A stretch of DNA of 64,000 nt from Ginglymostoma cirratum (taxonomy: Eukaryota): NCBI GenBank assembly GCA_024137785.1, contig JAHRHZ010000270.1, forward strand, positions 7,548,678 to 7,612,677, written 5' to 3'. Each line of letters opens with the position of its first letter. The stretch's first letter is position 1. A program made the position numbers and the translations under genes. Shown here piece after piece: positions 1-12,836 of this stretch. The notes beneath the pieces were generated by a model. It had not been told where the DNA came from and ran no database searches. It saw only the letters and a list, made by a program, of their open reading frames with translations.

Positions 1-163
1 TCAAGCAGCATCATAGGAGCAGGAAAACTTGACGTTTCGGAAGGGTTTAGGCCCGAAACGTCGAGTTTTCCTGCTCCTATGATGCTGCTTGACCTGCTGT
101 GTTCATCCAGCCCCATGCTTGTTATCTCGGATTCTCCAGCATCAGCAGTACCTTTTATCTCTG
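1..163. mobile_element. Penelope-like element terminal fragment folded as an inverted repeat (cut by the window edge)
   Basis: 1-40 is the reverse complement of 53-92 with one mismatch. The sequence GGCCCGAAACGTC...CCTGCTCCTATGATGCTGCTTG.CCTGCTGTGTTCATCCAGC matches the 3' end of the GIY-YIG element at 60900-61025. Confidence 0.8.
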
Positions 164-169
164 ATACAA

Positions 170-2580
170 TATCAGCCTAGTGAATCTCTTTTGAACAACA
201 TTTTCTATAAATACAAGGATCAAAGCTGTATACAGTAATCTGTAGCCTCACAAACACACTGCACAGTTGTAACACTTCTCTATTTTCAAACTCTAAACTC
301 TTAACAATGAAGGCCAAAATTCTGGTCTCAATTCCTTGCTGCACTTGCATGCTAACATTTACATATCATGCACAAGAACACTCAAATCCCTCTCCACTGC
401 ATATTTTTGAAATTTCTCTTCATTTATATAATACCTTGTTTATTTTTTTCTTCCTAACAAATAACCTGACCTCTCACTTTCCTATATTAACTGTCATCTG
501 CCAATGTTTTGCCTATTCACTCAACCTATTTATAGCCTCTTGCAGACTCTGTAACTCATCAGCATAATATGCCTTTTTCGCCTATTTTTGTATCATTAGG
601 GAAATTTGGGTACATTACACTCTGTCCTCTCCACCACATGATTAATATAGACAGTAAATAATTTAAGTTCTTGGATTTGTGGCATTCTACCAGTAAAATC
701 TGTCCAAGTTAAAAAAAACTCCATTAATCCCAACTCTTGTTCTTATGTCTGTTGCCAATCTTCAATCCATGATAAAACAATACCTCCAAAAAACAACCTT
801 CTATTTAGTGCAATAATGTTTTCTGAGGCATCTTATTTAATGCTGCCTGGATATCTAAATACACTACATCTACTAGTTTACCTTTATCAACTTTGCTTGT
901 TATAGCCTCGGAGAACTTCAAAACATTTGTCAACAATATTGTTCTTTCACAAAGGCATTTCATTTGATTGTGTTAAGTATTTCTACCTCAAGAATGGATT
1001 CCAACATTTTCTAAGTGATAGACAGACTACCTGGTCTATGGTTTCCTGCTCCCTGACCCACTGTCTTCTTGAACAAAGGTTTCACACAAGCAATTTTCCA
1101 ATCTGTTGGAACCCTCTAGGAATGCAACAAATGCTAGGGTATTTTGTCCAATGCTTCCACTGTCTCAATAGCCTCTTCCTTGGTTGCAACCCATCAGGCC
1201 CTGTTAACTGTTGGCCCTCAGTCTCCATTACAGGCCGTCACTGGGTTGCAAACGGATTCCATTCTGCAATCCGTTCACAAGTCAATTTGTACGTAAGTCA
1301 GAACACAATGCAGAACAACATAAAGGAGGTGCTCGTAAGTACAGGAAATGTTCAGATGTCAGTTCTATAAACTTACACCATTGTGTGAAATTGTATTCAT
1401 TGGTGCAATTGTTTATAAGTCAAAAATTCATAAATTTTAGACCCCCAGTAGTCTGCCAAATACTTTGACCCCCATACTAAATATGGTTACAAGACCCTTC
1501 CTTCCATGAGCACCTTGCTTACTTGATATCTTTGGGATGTTTATAGAGTCTGCCACTGTGAAGACCAATGCAAAATATTAATTTAATTTATCTGTTCTAT
1601 TTTATTATGCTTCCAGTCACATCCTCCATTAATCACGCACTTAATATACTTTTTATACACCTGTATAAGCCCTCACTCTTTGTTTTTATGCTTCTTATAA
1701 ATTTGGTTTCATAATTTTTCCTCACTTTATTAGCTTTCTCTCATATGTTTATGGTTCCTAAAAGATCCCCAATTTTCTAGCCTATCATTACTTTTTGCCA
1801 CTTTGTGCGGCCTAATTTTAATTGAATACTCTCCCTGCCCACCTCTATTAACCACAAGTGGGTCATCTTTCTCATCGAGTCCTTCTTTTTGACAAGAATA
1901 ACTTTTTGTTGACTGTTAAGTTGGCTTATAATGTCTGCTGATCCATGGGCTTTCTGCTTGGTAGATTTTCCTAGCGTACTCTTTCTTCATACCAATGAAC
2001 TGCATTTAAGTTGAGAACACTTGTTTGATGCCCTAGTTGCACTCACTCAAACTAGATTTGAAATCCTACCAAATTGTGATCACTCCCTTCTAGAATATCC
2101 TTATCCATGAGAATCTTCATTAATTCTACCTCAATATAAATTACTAAATCTAAAACAGATCTCTTCCTGGGTAGGGTTATACAATGTACTGCCAGAAGAA
2201 AAAGTCCCATATACACTCTATAAATTTTATTTCTAAGCTACTCATGCCCATTTGATTTAGCCAGTCAATATGTAGATTAAATTCACCCATGACAATTGCA
2301 GTGCATTTCTTACATGCCTCCATTATTTCCCAATTGATGAAGATTGTTTGCAGTCTCGGTCACACTACAGCTGCATCTCCATAATAGCTTTCAAGTCATA
2401 TTCATTTATTTCTATTTGTGCTGTCAACTCATCTATCTTTTTTACAAATGGCTTCACGCAAACAGAGAAAGAGCCTGAAGCTTCGATTTTTTTACCATTA
2501 TTACATATTCTGGCTCTAATTTCTACTGCACACTTCTGCATATCTTTTCTACCCTTTCCTGAAAAACTTTGATTATTGTT
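170..2580 (-). mobile_element. Old, degraded CR1-clade LINE ORF2 remnant (endonuclease/RT)
   Basis: Minus-strand ORF 2365-2583 (VKKIDELTAQIEINEYDLKAIMEMQL) resembles the N-terminus of a CR1 AP-endonuclease. RT-like remnants are visible by eye near 830-960. Many stops and frameshifts. Confidence 0.65.
1229..1450. mobile_element. Probable Tigger/pogo-type non-autonomous DNA transposon (MITE) nested in the CR1
   Basis: Begins TA-CAGGCCGTC and ends GACCCCCAG-TA (TA flanks, degenerate TIRs). Has recurring GTAAGTC/ATAAGTC-like motifs and interrupts the CR1 remnant. Confidence 0.45.
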
Positions 2581-2619
2581 CACTTCTGCTCACTCATTTC
2601 TTTTTGATCTTTTAAACTT

Positions 2620-3190
2620 TGTCATTTTGCGGCTTTACAGGACATTGGTTAGGCCACTTTTGGAATACTGCACTCAATTCCAGTTTCTCTGTTATAGGAA
2701 AGTTGTTGTTAAACTTGAAAAGATTTACAAGGATGTTGCCGGGGTTGGAGGCTTTGAGCTATAGGGAGAGGATGAATAGGCTGGGGCTATTCTGCCTGGC
2801 GCATCAGAGGCTGAGGGGTAACCTTATGGAGGCCTAAAAAATCATAAAGGGCATGGATAGGCTGAATAGCCAAGGTTGTTCCCAGGTTGGGGGAGTCCAA
2901 AATTAGAGGACATAGGTTTAAGGTGAAAGGGGAGAGATTTAAAAGGGACCTAAGGGCCATCATTTTCAGGCAAATGGTGGGGTATGTAAGGAAAGAGCTG
3001 CCAGAGGAAGCAATAGAATCTGGCACAATTGCAACATTTAAAAGGCATCTGATGGATACAAGAATAGGAACGGTTTAGAGGGATATGGGCCAAATGCTGG
3101 CAAAAGGGTCTAGATTAATTTCAGATATCTGGTTGGCAGGGCTGAATTGGACTGAAGGGTCTGTTTCTGTGCTGTACATCTATGATTCTG
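2620..3190 (+). mobile_element. CR1/HER1-type LINE 3' end
   Basis: Translations LYRTLVRPLLEYC, RFTRMLPGLEALSYRERMNRLGLF and RGHRFKVKGERFKRDLR are typical of the CR1 ORF2 C-terminus. The tail ends CTATGATTCT. Confidence 0.9.
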
Positions 3191-3599
3191 TCTTGGATCA
3201 CAGCGTGGTTCTTTTCAGATTCGGGTAAATATAATTATGAGAAGGCTCGTCTAACAGCAATTTGCTTAAATATGAATGTTTATGAAGTAATAATAATGGT
3301 GATAGTGGTAATAATAGATAGGAAAAAAGAAGAAAAATGGTCGGGGGCCCCTCAATCAATGGAGGTTTGGAGGTCTGGAGGTTTAGGTTTGTTCCTGGCA
3401 CTGTTCACGATTCCGAGCCGAGGTGAAGTCCAGATCTTGGAACAAAACTCTCACCCTTTTTACAATATAACAAACAGCCAGCACAGAGAAAGCAGATGCA
3501 GAAGTCACAACTGCTTGTTAGTACAGAAAACAGCTACAGAAAAACAAGCAGGTGCTGTCTTCAGCCCATAAAGGAATGTTTACAGGACTCATTCAAGGT

Positions 3600-4720
3600 C
3601 ATGCAGTTTGTCAAGGACCATTATTAACTTTCCCAGCCTATTTTCCCATCCTATATAATCTATTTTCTCATACAGCTGTCAAATATCATTTAGCCCTTTA
3701 GGTCATCCTATACAAACTCCATGAACCCTATCCAATCCATTAATTATTATAAAATCATATGTAACACACTAGTTATATATTTCCTCAGGACATTAATCCC
3801 AACATGGTTCAAATGTAACCCAATCTAATGGAATAGTTTTGTGTTTCATCAGTACTGACACCAGTACACCATAAATTGAAATGGATTTCTCCTACACCAG
3901 TCTTCGACCCATACAGTTACCTCTTTAATTTAGTTACATTATGAAAATTGCACATCGCTCAGGTAAAAATCCTAGGATTGTTACCTTTGTGTTTCTGCTT
4001 TTTAATTTAGCCACAAGCTGCTTGTAATTCCTCAGCAGAATATTTTTTGTAGTCCTACCTATTTATTTGGTCCCTACATGACCATGACAACTGGATCACA
4101 TCTCTTCTACTACACGTTCCTCTCTAGGCCAGAAGAGATACCCTCAACCTTGGCATCAGGTAGCAACACAGCCTTCGAGATCCTGTATCTTTGCTGCAGA
4201 GAACTGTATCTATTCCCCGAAATATGCTATCACCTATTACAGCTCTGTTTACGTTCTCTTCCCCCATTTGAATGGCCCTCTCTATCACTTGCTTTGTTTG
4301 GAGTGCTCAACTTCCCTGCAATCCGTGCAGTCATCCATACTGGAATCAAAATCTCACACATTTAGGAAAGGGAATTGACTGAGGCTTCTCCAGAGTTAAA
4401 TTTTAGATTGCCCATACCTGTCTCATTCGCAATCATGCTTTCCTATTTGTGACCACAGGTCAAATTTGATGTAATTAACAAAAGACTGTTTCCTGAAACA
4501 GAATGTCAGATAAACCCCCACCCCACCACAACCTTTGTGTAGTAGCATCTGCATATTAGACTCCAGCTTATCAACTCTGAGCCAAAGTTCCTTGAGCAGC
4601 CTAAATTTCCTGCAAATATGGTCATCACAGATCACACCAGCATCCACCAGTTCCCACATACTACAGCTGCGACACATCACCCGCCTTGCTATCTCTATTC
4701 TATTGTATTTAATTAGTTAT
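3600..4720 (-). mobile_element. CR1 LINE ORF1 remnant (Cys knuckle/leucine zipper), probably the 5' part of the 170-2580 element
   Basis: Minus ORF 4423-4680, CRSCSMWE...CDDHICRK...LLKELWLRVDKLE, resembles the CR1 ORF1 N-terminus. Strand and order are consistent with the ORF2 remnant. Confidence 0.65.
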
Positions 4721-4776
4721 TTCGGATGATACATGTAATAAAGTCTTATCTGTACTCTTCAGCTATAATGACAAAT

Positions 4777-4812
4777 GGGTTAGGGTTAGGGTTGGGGTTA
4801 GGGTTAGGGTTA
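4777..4812 (+). repeat. Short interstitial telomere-like repeat, (GGGTTA)6 with one variant unit
   Basis: gggtta gggtta gggttg gggtta gggtta gggtta. Confidence 0.9.
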
Positions 4813-5329
4813 ACAAAAAGGACAGAAGAATACACATTAATCACCTCACTTTTTCTTGTGAGTTCAGGCCCGGGCTGTAATGAGCAGAAAAGGTTGAAGG
4901 GTTTCTTGTTATTTGTTTCTATCTCCCACCCCTGCTGCCCTCTCACGCAGGTCTCCCTTCACTTTATGAAACTGCTCACTGTACTTATAGTTTTGTAAAG
5001 AGATTATCCCAAATTCAGCATCTATATAATCAAGGAAGTTTTGCACAATTCAATCCTCTTATGCCCAAAACACAATAGGGCTATTGTTACACCTACAACA
5101 ATCCACCATAATTATCCTATTTGTGCCCTTTTACAGTTTTTAAGTAACATTACATTCATTAGAGTTTTCACATAACTTGCTGAGGGAGGGTTTCTGTAAA
5201 TACACTAAAATGTATTTCAATCTCATACAAAAACTAAATGCAGGTCTCCTTACTCACAACACGAATTATGCAATGTTATTAAATTTGTTTTTGGCATACT
5301 AATAATTTGTCACTTGAAACAGTGGAGCC

Positions 5330-5456
5330 GATAAAGCATCAACCAGGTGGAACTTTAACTCTTTCTTTCTCCAATAGGCTGCGAAACCCTCTGAGCATTT
5401 CCAGTATTCGCTGGCTTTCATTTCAGGTTTCCAGCGTCCACGGCATGTTGCTTTTG
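5330..5456 (+). mobile_element. Old Penelope-like 3' terminal fragment
   Basis: AACTCTTTCTTTCTCC...CTGAGCATTTCCAG...TTCAGGTTTCCAGC is a diverged match to 6879-6960. Confidence 0.45.
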
Positions 5457-6661
5457 AATGACTTATGCGGCCATCGGCAGTAAATTCAAAGTGCATGACC
5501 TGGAAATGTTTGCACCAACATAGAGACTCAAAGAGAAAAGGTATTGGAGCATTTTAACATTGTCATTGCGTAATTGTATTTCATCCTAGCTTGTGTTAGC
5601 TGGATGTCAACACAAACACTAAAAATTACCGTATAAATCATTTTATTGCACTTTAACAGAGAAACAGGTAAGCCAGTCCACAATTCAAGTATGCTGTTTT
5701 CGTGGTCATGAAAGTCTCCTTCTAATCTTCTCCTACTGTGAAGAGATGCCAAGAAGAATGTGTAAATCCTTGATTTCTTATTTTATCTGCACACAGCTAA
5801 ATCGATCCACGGCGCTTCTGCACCTGCTCCCTCGCTTTTTGCACAAATAATAGTGCCATCCAACTGCCTTCTAATCAGACCACTTAAACCAGGCTATTAC
5901 AAAGGAAAATGAAACTGCTGGTGCCCAGTGTCGTTCGCCGGCTGGGGGGAAAAAATCTAATAAATTTCACAAGCATGGCACACTTAACTGAAATTCCGTG
6001 CTCTTTCCTGCGATACAACCAACTATTTTGCCCACTGGGTTATTGGATCCAGCGTTCCCCAAGGACTCACTGACTAGATCAATATCTCCCTGCACACGTC
6101 GTCAAAATGGCTACATCTGATTACCACGAGCTTGTAGGATATTCGCGGATAGGCATTCTGTTGCTTGAGGTAATATGTATTATTTTAAAATATAGCGTTT
6201 AGCGTGATCGTGAGATAATTTTAGAGGATAGCATTCTTTTTATTGTTCTAAACTCGTCTGCACAATGAACTGTGTGCTGCAATTAGCTGACACATTCTGA
6301 AAGGCCCTCAATTTCGGATCGCTGTTCTAAATGTAACTTTCCAAACATTCTTGAACTAAGGCAACGTTATTAGGCGTGAACAGATCGTTTCAATAGAAAC
6401 CCCTTGTTTAGATCCGTTTTAGCGACTTGTTGAACAAGTAGTTATGTTTTCGGAGGCTGCTCAAGTGAGCGTAACAGGACTGTCCCATCTGGCTATAAAT
6501 GCGAAAAAACACACAAATGTTGCTTCGAGTTTAATTCGCGTCAGCTGGTGTCTAGATGCCTTTCAGGAACGCAAACTAGTTTCTTGGTCATGACGTCAAA
6601 ATTTTGGCTATAAAGAGATAGTGAAACTAACAATAATAATCAGATAAACCGTTTTTAACAG

Positions 6662-6985
6662 CACAAGAACAGAAGTTGCTGGACAAAGCTCAGAAGGTCT
6701 GGCAGCATCTGTGAAGAAAAAAAAAATGAAAGTTAACGTTTCGGGTCCGGTGACCCTTCCTGAGAACTAAAATAACTGAGAATGCTGTGAATCAGGAACA
6801 AAAACAGAAGTTGCTGGAAAAGCTCAGCAGGTCTGTGAAGAGAAAGTTCTGAGGAAGGGTTGCCGGACCTGAAACGTTAACTTTTTTTTCTTCACAGATG
6901 CTGCCAAACCTGCTGAGCTTTTCCAGCAACTTTTGCTCTTGTTCCTGATTTACAGACTCCACAGTTCTTTCGGTTTTCATTTTCA
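6662..6985. mobile_element. Penelope-derived inverted-repeat cluster with hammerhead motifs
   Basis: Two minus-oriented copies (about 6662-6768 and 6780-6845) are followed by a plus copy (about 6845-6985). GAAGTTGCTGGA...AGCTCAG is complementary to CTGAGCTTTTCCAGCAACTT. Confidence 0.75.
6841..6886 (+). ncRNA. Minimal type I hammerhead ribozyme motif (Penelope type)
   Basis: AGAAAGTT-CTGAGGA-A-GGGT(tgccgg)ACCT-GAAAC-GTT-AACTTTTT. The CUGANGA/GAAA core is intact, stem I is 8 bp with one G.U, stem II is 4 bp, and helix III is the loopless palindrome ACGU. Confidence 0.6.
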
Positions 6986-8400
6986 ACGACAGTAGTAGTT
7001 ATTCGCGGTAGAGGGTTACACGTGGCAAGTGAATTGTGTCGGTTTGCGCTCGCAGTGTAAGTTCACTTGATGCAAGTTTTCCGGCTTCTCCTGAAGTTTG
7101 AAGGCTGGATTTTCGCTTTCCACTCGATCCTGAGCTGCCAGATGATGCACATTTCTTTATTCTGTTTGTGTCACTGAGGCAGAAAGTAACAAACTTTTGT
7201 TCTGAAGTTACCCACAGTGTTCTCGATCTTCTCTTTGTATATTTCAGGGACATAAACAAACGAATAAAACTTTCGGTAGAGGCCACAACACGTAGGAGAA
7301 ACGTTTGATTTCCATTTCCAAACTTCTGATTTACTTTACGTGGACGAGATTTATTGGCACTGGCGATGCCGAAATAACCAAAATTACCAATAAATTGGGG
7401 AGTTTTGCTGCAACAGCTTAGAATACCGCTGTTTTGACTTTTTTCACTTAATTCTGTGAGGAATCCGGCTAAAGGTGCTGGAAATCATTTTAGGAGTTAT
7501 CTTTTCAGCATTATGAATGAATTAACTACTTTAGAGAGACGTCTTAGTATTCTTGTACAGTTTTGTACGCAACCAAACATCCATGAATGTACAGTATTCA
7601 TTTCAGTGTTATTCGTTTTTATTTGACCAGAAGCCTATTTCAAAAGTCACACAAGCCACTTGCAAATAGATATTTTGGGGGAAGAAACTTTTTTTTGTAA
7701 AGTCGACCTCTAATTTAATATAAACTGAATGTTATTATGTCCCAATCCAGATCGCAGGCTGGACCAATGTCATCATTAAAGTAAATAGTTACCATTTTAA
7801 ACCCTTGATTTAGTTAATTCTCGTGTGCAATTAACGAACGGTGCTTAACTTGTGTTGATAAAGTAGTTGAAAACCGGTTGGAATTATTTTAAAATAAGCT
7901 GATAGAAAATAATATAATTATAGGTTATTACATTATGCGCTATGGTAGCCTCGGGATTTGCCGAAAGTAACTTTGTTCTGCTTAGTAGAGACTTTAAGAT
8001 TAATTTTCCATGAGTAATCTGACAAGTTAATTTTTGGGACGCGGTGGAGGGGAATGTGGGATTCTCGTTCGCTGTAGCACATTTATGTGTGATTTTCAAA
8101 CCAAAAACAAGTAGTACATAAACTCGGTTACAACAAACTCCTAGATTTTTCATAGAATATTGCATTAACATGTATTGCCATTGAGGGAAAAATGTCAACA
8201 TCACTTGAGGCGATACTTCTTTGGTCGAATTTCGTGCCGCAATAAAGTAGATGAAATGGTTATGTAACTGCACTGGGACATTGAGCTGCCGGAACAAATG
8301 GTCGCAGGAAGTCTGTAAGGCAGGCAACCCGCAAAGTTAACGTTTGCTTGTTCTTTCAGGACTATGGACAGCTCTTATTGACAGGCATTTGCAGGATCAG

Positions 8401-8885
8401 TCATAGAGTTATGCAACACTGAAACAGACCAATTCATCCCTATCTGACCTAATCCCGTTTGCCAGCATTTGCCCTATATCCCTCTAACCCCTTCCTATTC
8501 ATATACCCATCCAGGTGCCTTTTAAATGTTGTAATAGTACCAGGCTCCTCCACCACCTCCGGCAGCTCATTCCATACACGTACCACCTTGAAAAGGTTGT
8601 CCCTCAGGTCCTTTTTTTAAAGCTTGCCTCTCAAACCTATGCTGTCAAATTTGGATTTCCCCCACCCGAAGAAAGACCTTGGCTATTTACCCTATCCATG
8701 CCCCTCATGATTTTATAAATCTCTATGAAGTCATTCCAAGGGGAAAAGTTCCAGCCTATTCAGACTCTCTCTGTCGCTCAAACTTTCCAATCCCGGCAAC
8801 ATTCTTGAAAATATTGCCTGCACCCTTTCAAGTTTAACAACATCCTTCCAATAGAAGGGCTACCAGAATTGTATTCAGTATTTCA
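8401..8885 (-). mobile_element. CR1/HER1-type LINE 3' end
   Basis: Reverse-complement match to 2650-3190 (for example CCAGCATTTGCCCTATATCCCTCTAA and CCATGCCCCTCATGATTTTATA). Confidence 0.85.
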
Positions 8886-11800
8886 CGTGATTCCTAACTG
8901 TCATTTTTTAGACTGAAACGGTAATATCGACGTGGAATCATAGAATTTTATAGTACAAACGTGTTACGATTAAAGGATTTTTGTTTAATGGATTTTTAAG
9001 AAGAAAATGCGTATCGCACTTTTTTTAAAATTTTGAGGTATATGACAACAATTCCGACCTGCAGTTGGTGACCCCTTGTTACTATCAAGCACGTTCTCCT
9101 CGTCATTAGGTGACCCCAGAAGTTGACTGCCCTTGACCAAGTCGCATTGCAGCCAACTGTTCACAAAAATAAAATACTTTGTTGGTTTAACATCTAACGC
9201 TGTGGTAGCCAAGCAACTGAGTACGCTGAGCACTTGGGGCTGTCGAGAGGCATTTTACAACAATTATTCCCATTATCTCCCATCCGCCAGTCTTCAATCA
9301 CAGTCTCTTTGGGAAATATTTCGAGCCATAATACGTATTGCTCAGAAACACTGCTCCATTTGCCCAGATGCAATTTAAATGTGATTGAAATGTGGAACTT
9401 AAACAAAAACAAGAGCATGTTAATACCTGAAAACAACCACAGTTGATTTTTTGAACCCAATTTCTGCGACAATGTTCTTTAATGGATTTTCTCAATTGCT
9501 CTCAGGCGATTTGCACTTTTTATACATGGAGTGATTTGAGATTAAATTTCATGGGAGTGTTCTCACTTCCTTTCCCTTCCTGCAATTCTGACAGATACTG
9601 GCAAAACATTTTTTTAAGAACTAAAAGCTACGTTCTTAGTTGAGACACTCAGTGTATCGTGAACTACGTAGTCTATAAATAAATGCAGGGCATTTGCCTT
9701 TTCACTTTCTCCTAACTCAACAGGTACTCGAATGATTGTAATTATTGCCTCCAAGAGGCCCGAATAGACGCTGATTGCAGCTTTGTGGAACACCACAAAG
9801 ACACGAGATGAAGCGGCTTATTTCCTCCATCATTATCTCCGTATTCATCAGAGGAGCGCACAGAGGCTTGAACCGGTGGTGTATTTGCAGGGGAAAGTAT
9901 CATATAGTGTCGCATACACCATCAGCCTTTTACAGGGGGAAAAACATAAGTTGTGTTCTTCAACTCGAACAGCCGTGTAACATTGTTTTCCGCCTTTAAC
10001 AGAATGTTTTTAAAAAAGATCCACCTGCACACAAACTGTTTATAGCTACAAATGTAAGGGAAATCCGTGGGCAAAATGATCAACTTTTGACATTGAATGA
10101 TTCATGCGTTACTTCGAAATCCAAGTCTGTAATAGATTCTCAATTAGTTAATATAACGCGTTTAAAATATCTAATTGATAGGTAGATTTCTTAAATCGGC
10201 TGCGTCAGCAACTATATCACTAAATTCAGATTACATTTGGAACCATTTCATGGCGTGAAGGTATTTCGATAACCAGATAAACATGTATAGAATTATTCTC
10301 TCTGTAGCAACACGCACTTGCAGTCAGAGCATTAATACTGAGCAGCGAATTATGTCAGAGAACTGCATTTGTCGGTATCAGTTGAACCCAACACTTAATC
10401 TCACTGTTCTGCGCTCAGTAGAGCGGTAAAGTTATATCTGACCTTAAGAATTTGTCTCTTATCCAAAGTAAATACGATAGTTGCCATATTTTCAAAACTC
10501 ACTGGGAAATTTGATAGTACCTCTCTTTAAACGCCGTCTTTTAACAGTGAAATGCACACTTTTATTTAGGAAAGGGTAAACACCTCACGGATGCTGTAGA
10601 TCTAGTTGAATTCTGCACTCGCCCATCCTGCAGTGAAATAATCTTAACGTACTCTACTTTGCGAAACTTGTTTCATACTTTGGAATTTATACCCGCACGA
10701 ATGTTTTTAAATGTACAAACGTGCAAACCCTCTGTTTCTCCAAAGATCAGCAGGTAGACAAGACAGTTTTGAAACAACCGTTAGATATTCTGAAACAGGA
10801 AACTGATTTTAATTATGTGACTTGATAAAAATCGTTCGGCAAAATTGCAATCTGATACATTCGCCAGAAGAGACAGGGAGGGGGAAGGAGACGATTTGGA
10901 TTGATGTTACATCCTAATGAAGACGACTTTTTGTTCAGAACTGAAAATACAGATTATAGAGACTGGACAAATAAAAATGAATTCAATTAGTTTAAAAAAA
11001 TTAAACTCTCTATCCACAAGGAAAAGTAAGCAGCTGTGAAGATAAAAAGAAGCGTCTGTCTTCTTTTTCCCCCAACGACCCCTTGAACAAGATAGTTATA
11101 TAAACCGAATCCCGTTGTGTTACAGCTTTTAATGTTTATTTTACCCTGAAAACCTCTCCTCTTGCCACCTGAATTTCAATTTCTTAATTTACAGCGGAGA
11201 TAAAGTAGCAGGAGCTGAATCGGTGCTGCTGTTACCATGGGCAGGTCTTATCAAGCGTGAAGTTTGGTGCATTGCAAACCTATTTAAGTGATTATCTGTG
11301 GAGGACCTCTCGAGTCATCTCCATCGCTGCATTCTGCTGATAAGGCAGCTGTTCCTGTAGCTGCTGCCTTTCGCTGGACTCTAGTCGGCTTTTGATATAG
11401 TGTAGCTTTGTTATTACGCCCTGGTGCTATCACTTGCTCTCTTCTGAAAGCATTTGATCTGAAGACAAAGGAGTTGATAGAATGATTGATTGATTGATAC
11501 AAGTAAATACTGCACCACAGCGGCTGCGCGAATCTTCCGCGGAATTACACTAATCTAAATGCAAAATCAGAAAATTAATTAAACCTCCGTCGATAACAAT
11601 CACTGCAAAGTCGTAAGGACTGGCGCGTTCTGCAAACGTTATCAGTTCACAATGATAACGTTCATTTTTTAAAAAAAATTAGATGGATTATTAATTATAA
11701 TTAAAGTGTATCCGCTGCAAACGCTTATTTTTCAATGGCTGTGAAATGGAAACTTGTTTCCCTAAATAAAATTCACGCAACAATCTTTTCGCAGTGCTAG

Positions 11801-12824
11801 AACTTTCCGGGCAACGTGCTTACGTTTTGTCAAATAATCTGACCGGCGAGCTCATTTTTGTGTGTGGCAAATGCCCCTAAACTGATAGAAGCCGGGCTGC
11901 TTGCAGTAACATAATCTAAACGGAACAATTTATAGTGGTATCTGTAGGATACGATATATTAATTCGGCTTCAGGAATAAGCCACCGACCAGCAACAACCC
12001 ATTCCCCATTGATTCAGCGTAGGACGCTTTTGCACAAGCCAAACAGTTGCTAATTACTTAAAATAAGCATTTAACAGTCAGGGTAAAGGTCACCATTGGT
12101 AATCAATACATCTTAAATGTCTATACAAGTAACAAACAAAAGTCAAAGTGACAGCCTGAATGTGATTCCTCGCGGTGGTAATTTGTCACGAAGACAAAAT
12201 TGTAAATACACATTCCCTACAAGATTCCGTATTTCGTGGAAAAGCGGGATGTGCAAGGAATTACATTCTCAACATCTGGATGTTATAGCCAGGGTCAAGC
12301 AGCAGAGGCATAAAATCCCACTGATCCGCAAGTACAAGTGCTAAAGTGCCTATACTAAATCTCCAATGCAAGGCTTCTTAGCTATTGATCGTGGTCTTGA
12401 ATACTAATCACATTTGAAAAACCCACAAATTCTTCACAGCGCACGTCCCGTATGTGAGATTTATGTCTGAGCCTCTACGTTCTTTAGAAAAAACAGGTTC
12501 AGTACAGAGACATTAGTTGGAAAGTATGGTAATAGACTCTAGCACCTTCATGTGTTTTAAGACAATACATAATAACTTACTTTTGTTAAAACGCTCAGGT
12601 TCCTTTTCGAAGAAACAACAATAAATATTTTGAGAATAACCAGAGAGGGGGAAAAAATATACAATGTTCTGTTTTGGCGGTACGTTAGCTGAATGACAGT
12701 CAGTGGATCATATTAACGTTGCTAACTCTTGGCTAGTGTTTAGATAACAATCATTGTTATGACTGCAATGCACAGGGCCAGACTGGCTATCTATCCAAAA
12801 TGAAATAGCTTGCCTTCCTACGCT

Positions 12825-12836
12825 GCCGCCATTTTG
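12825..12836 (+). promoter_or_regulatory. YY1 consensus site
   Basis: GCCGCCATTTTG is an exact match to the long YY1 consensus and lies in the CpG-retaining upstream domain. Motif match only. Confidence 0.35.

Noticed and set aside
6494-6615. TATAAA motifs and a CRE palindrome TGACGTCA (6591-6598)
   Set aside because: Short motifs are expected by chance in 64 kb, and no associated exon was seen.
7884-8327. 147-aa minus-strand ORF
   Set aside because: Non-ATG start and no recognisable similarity.
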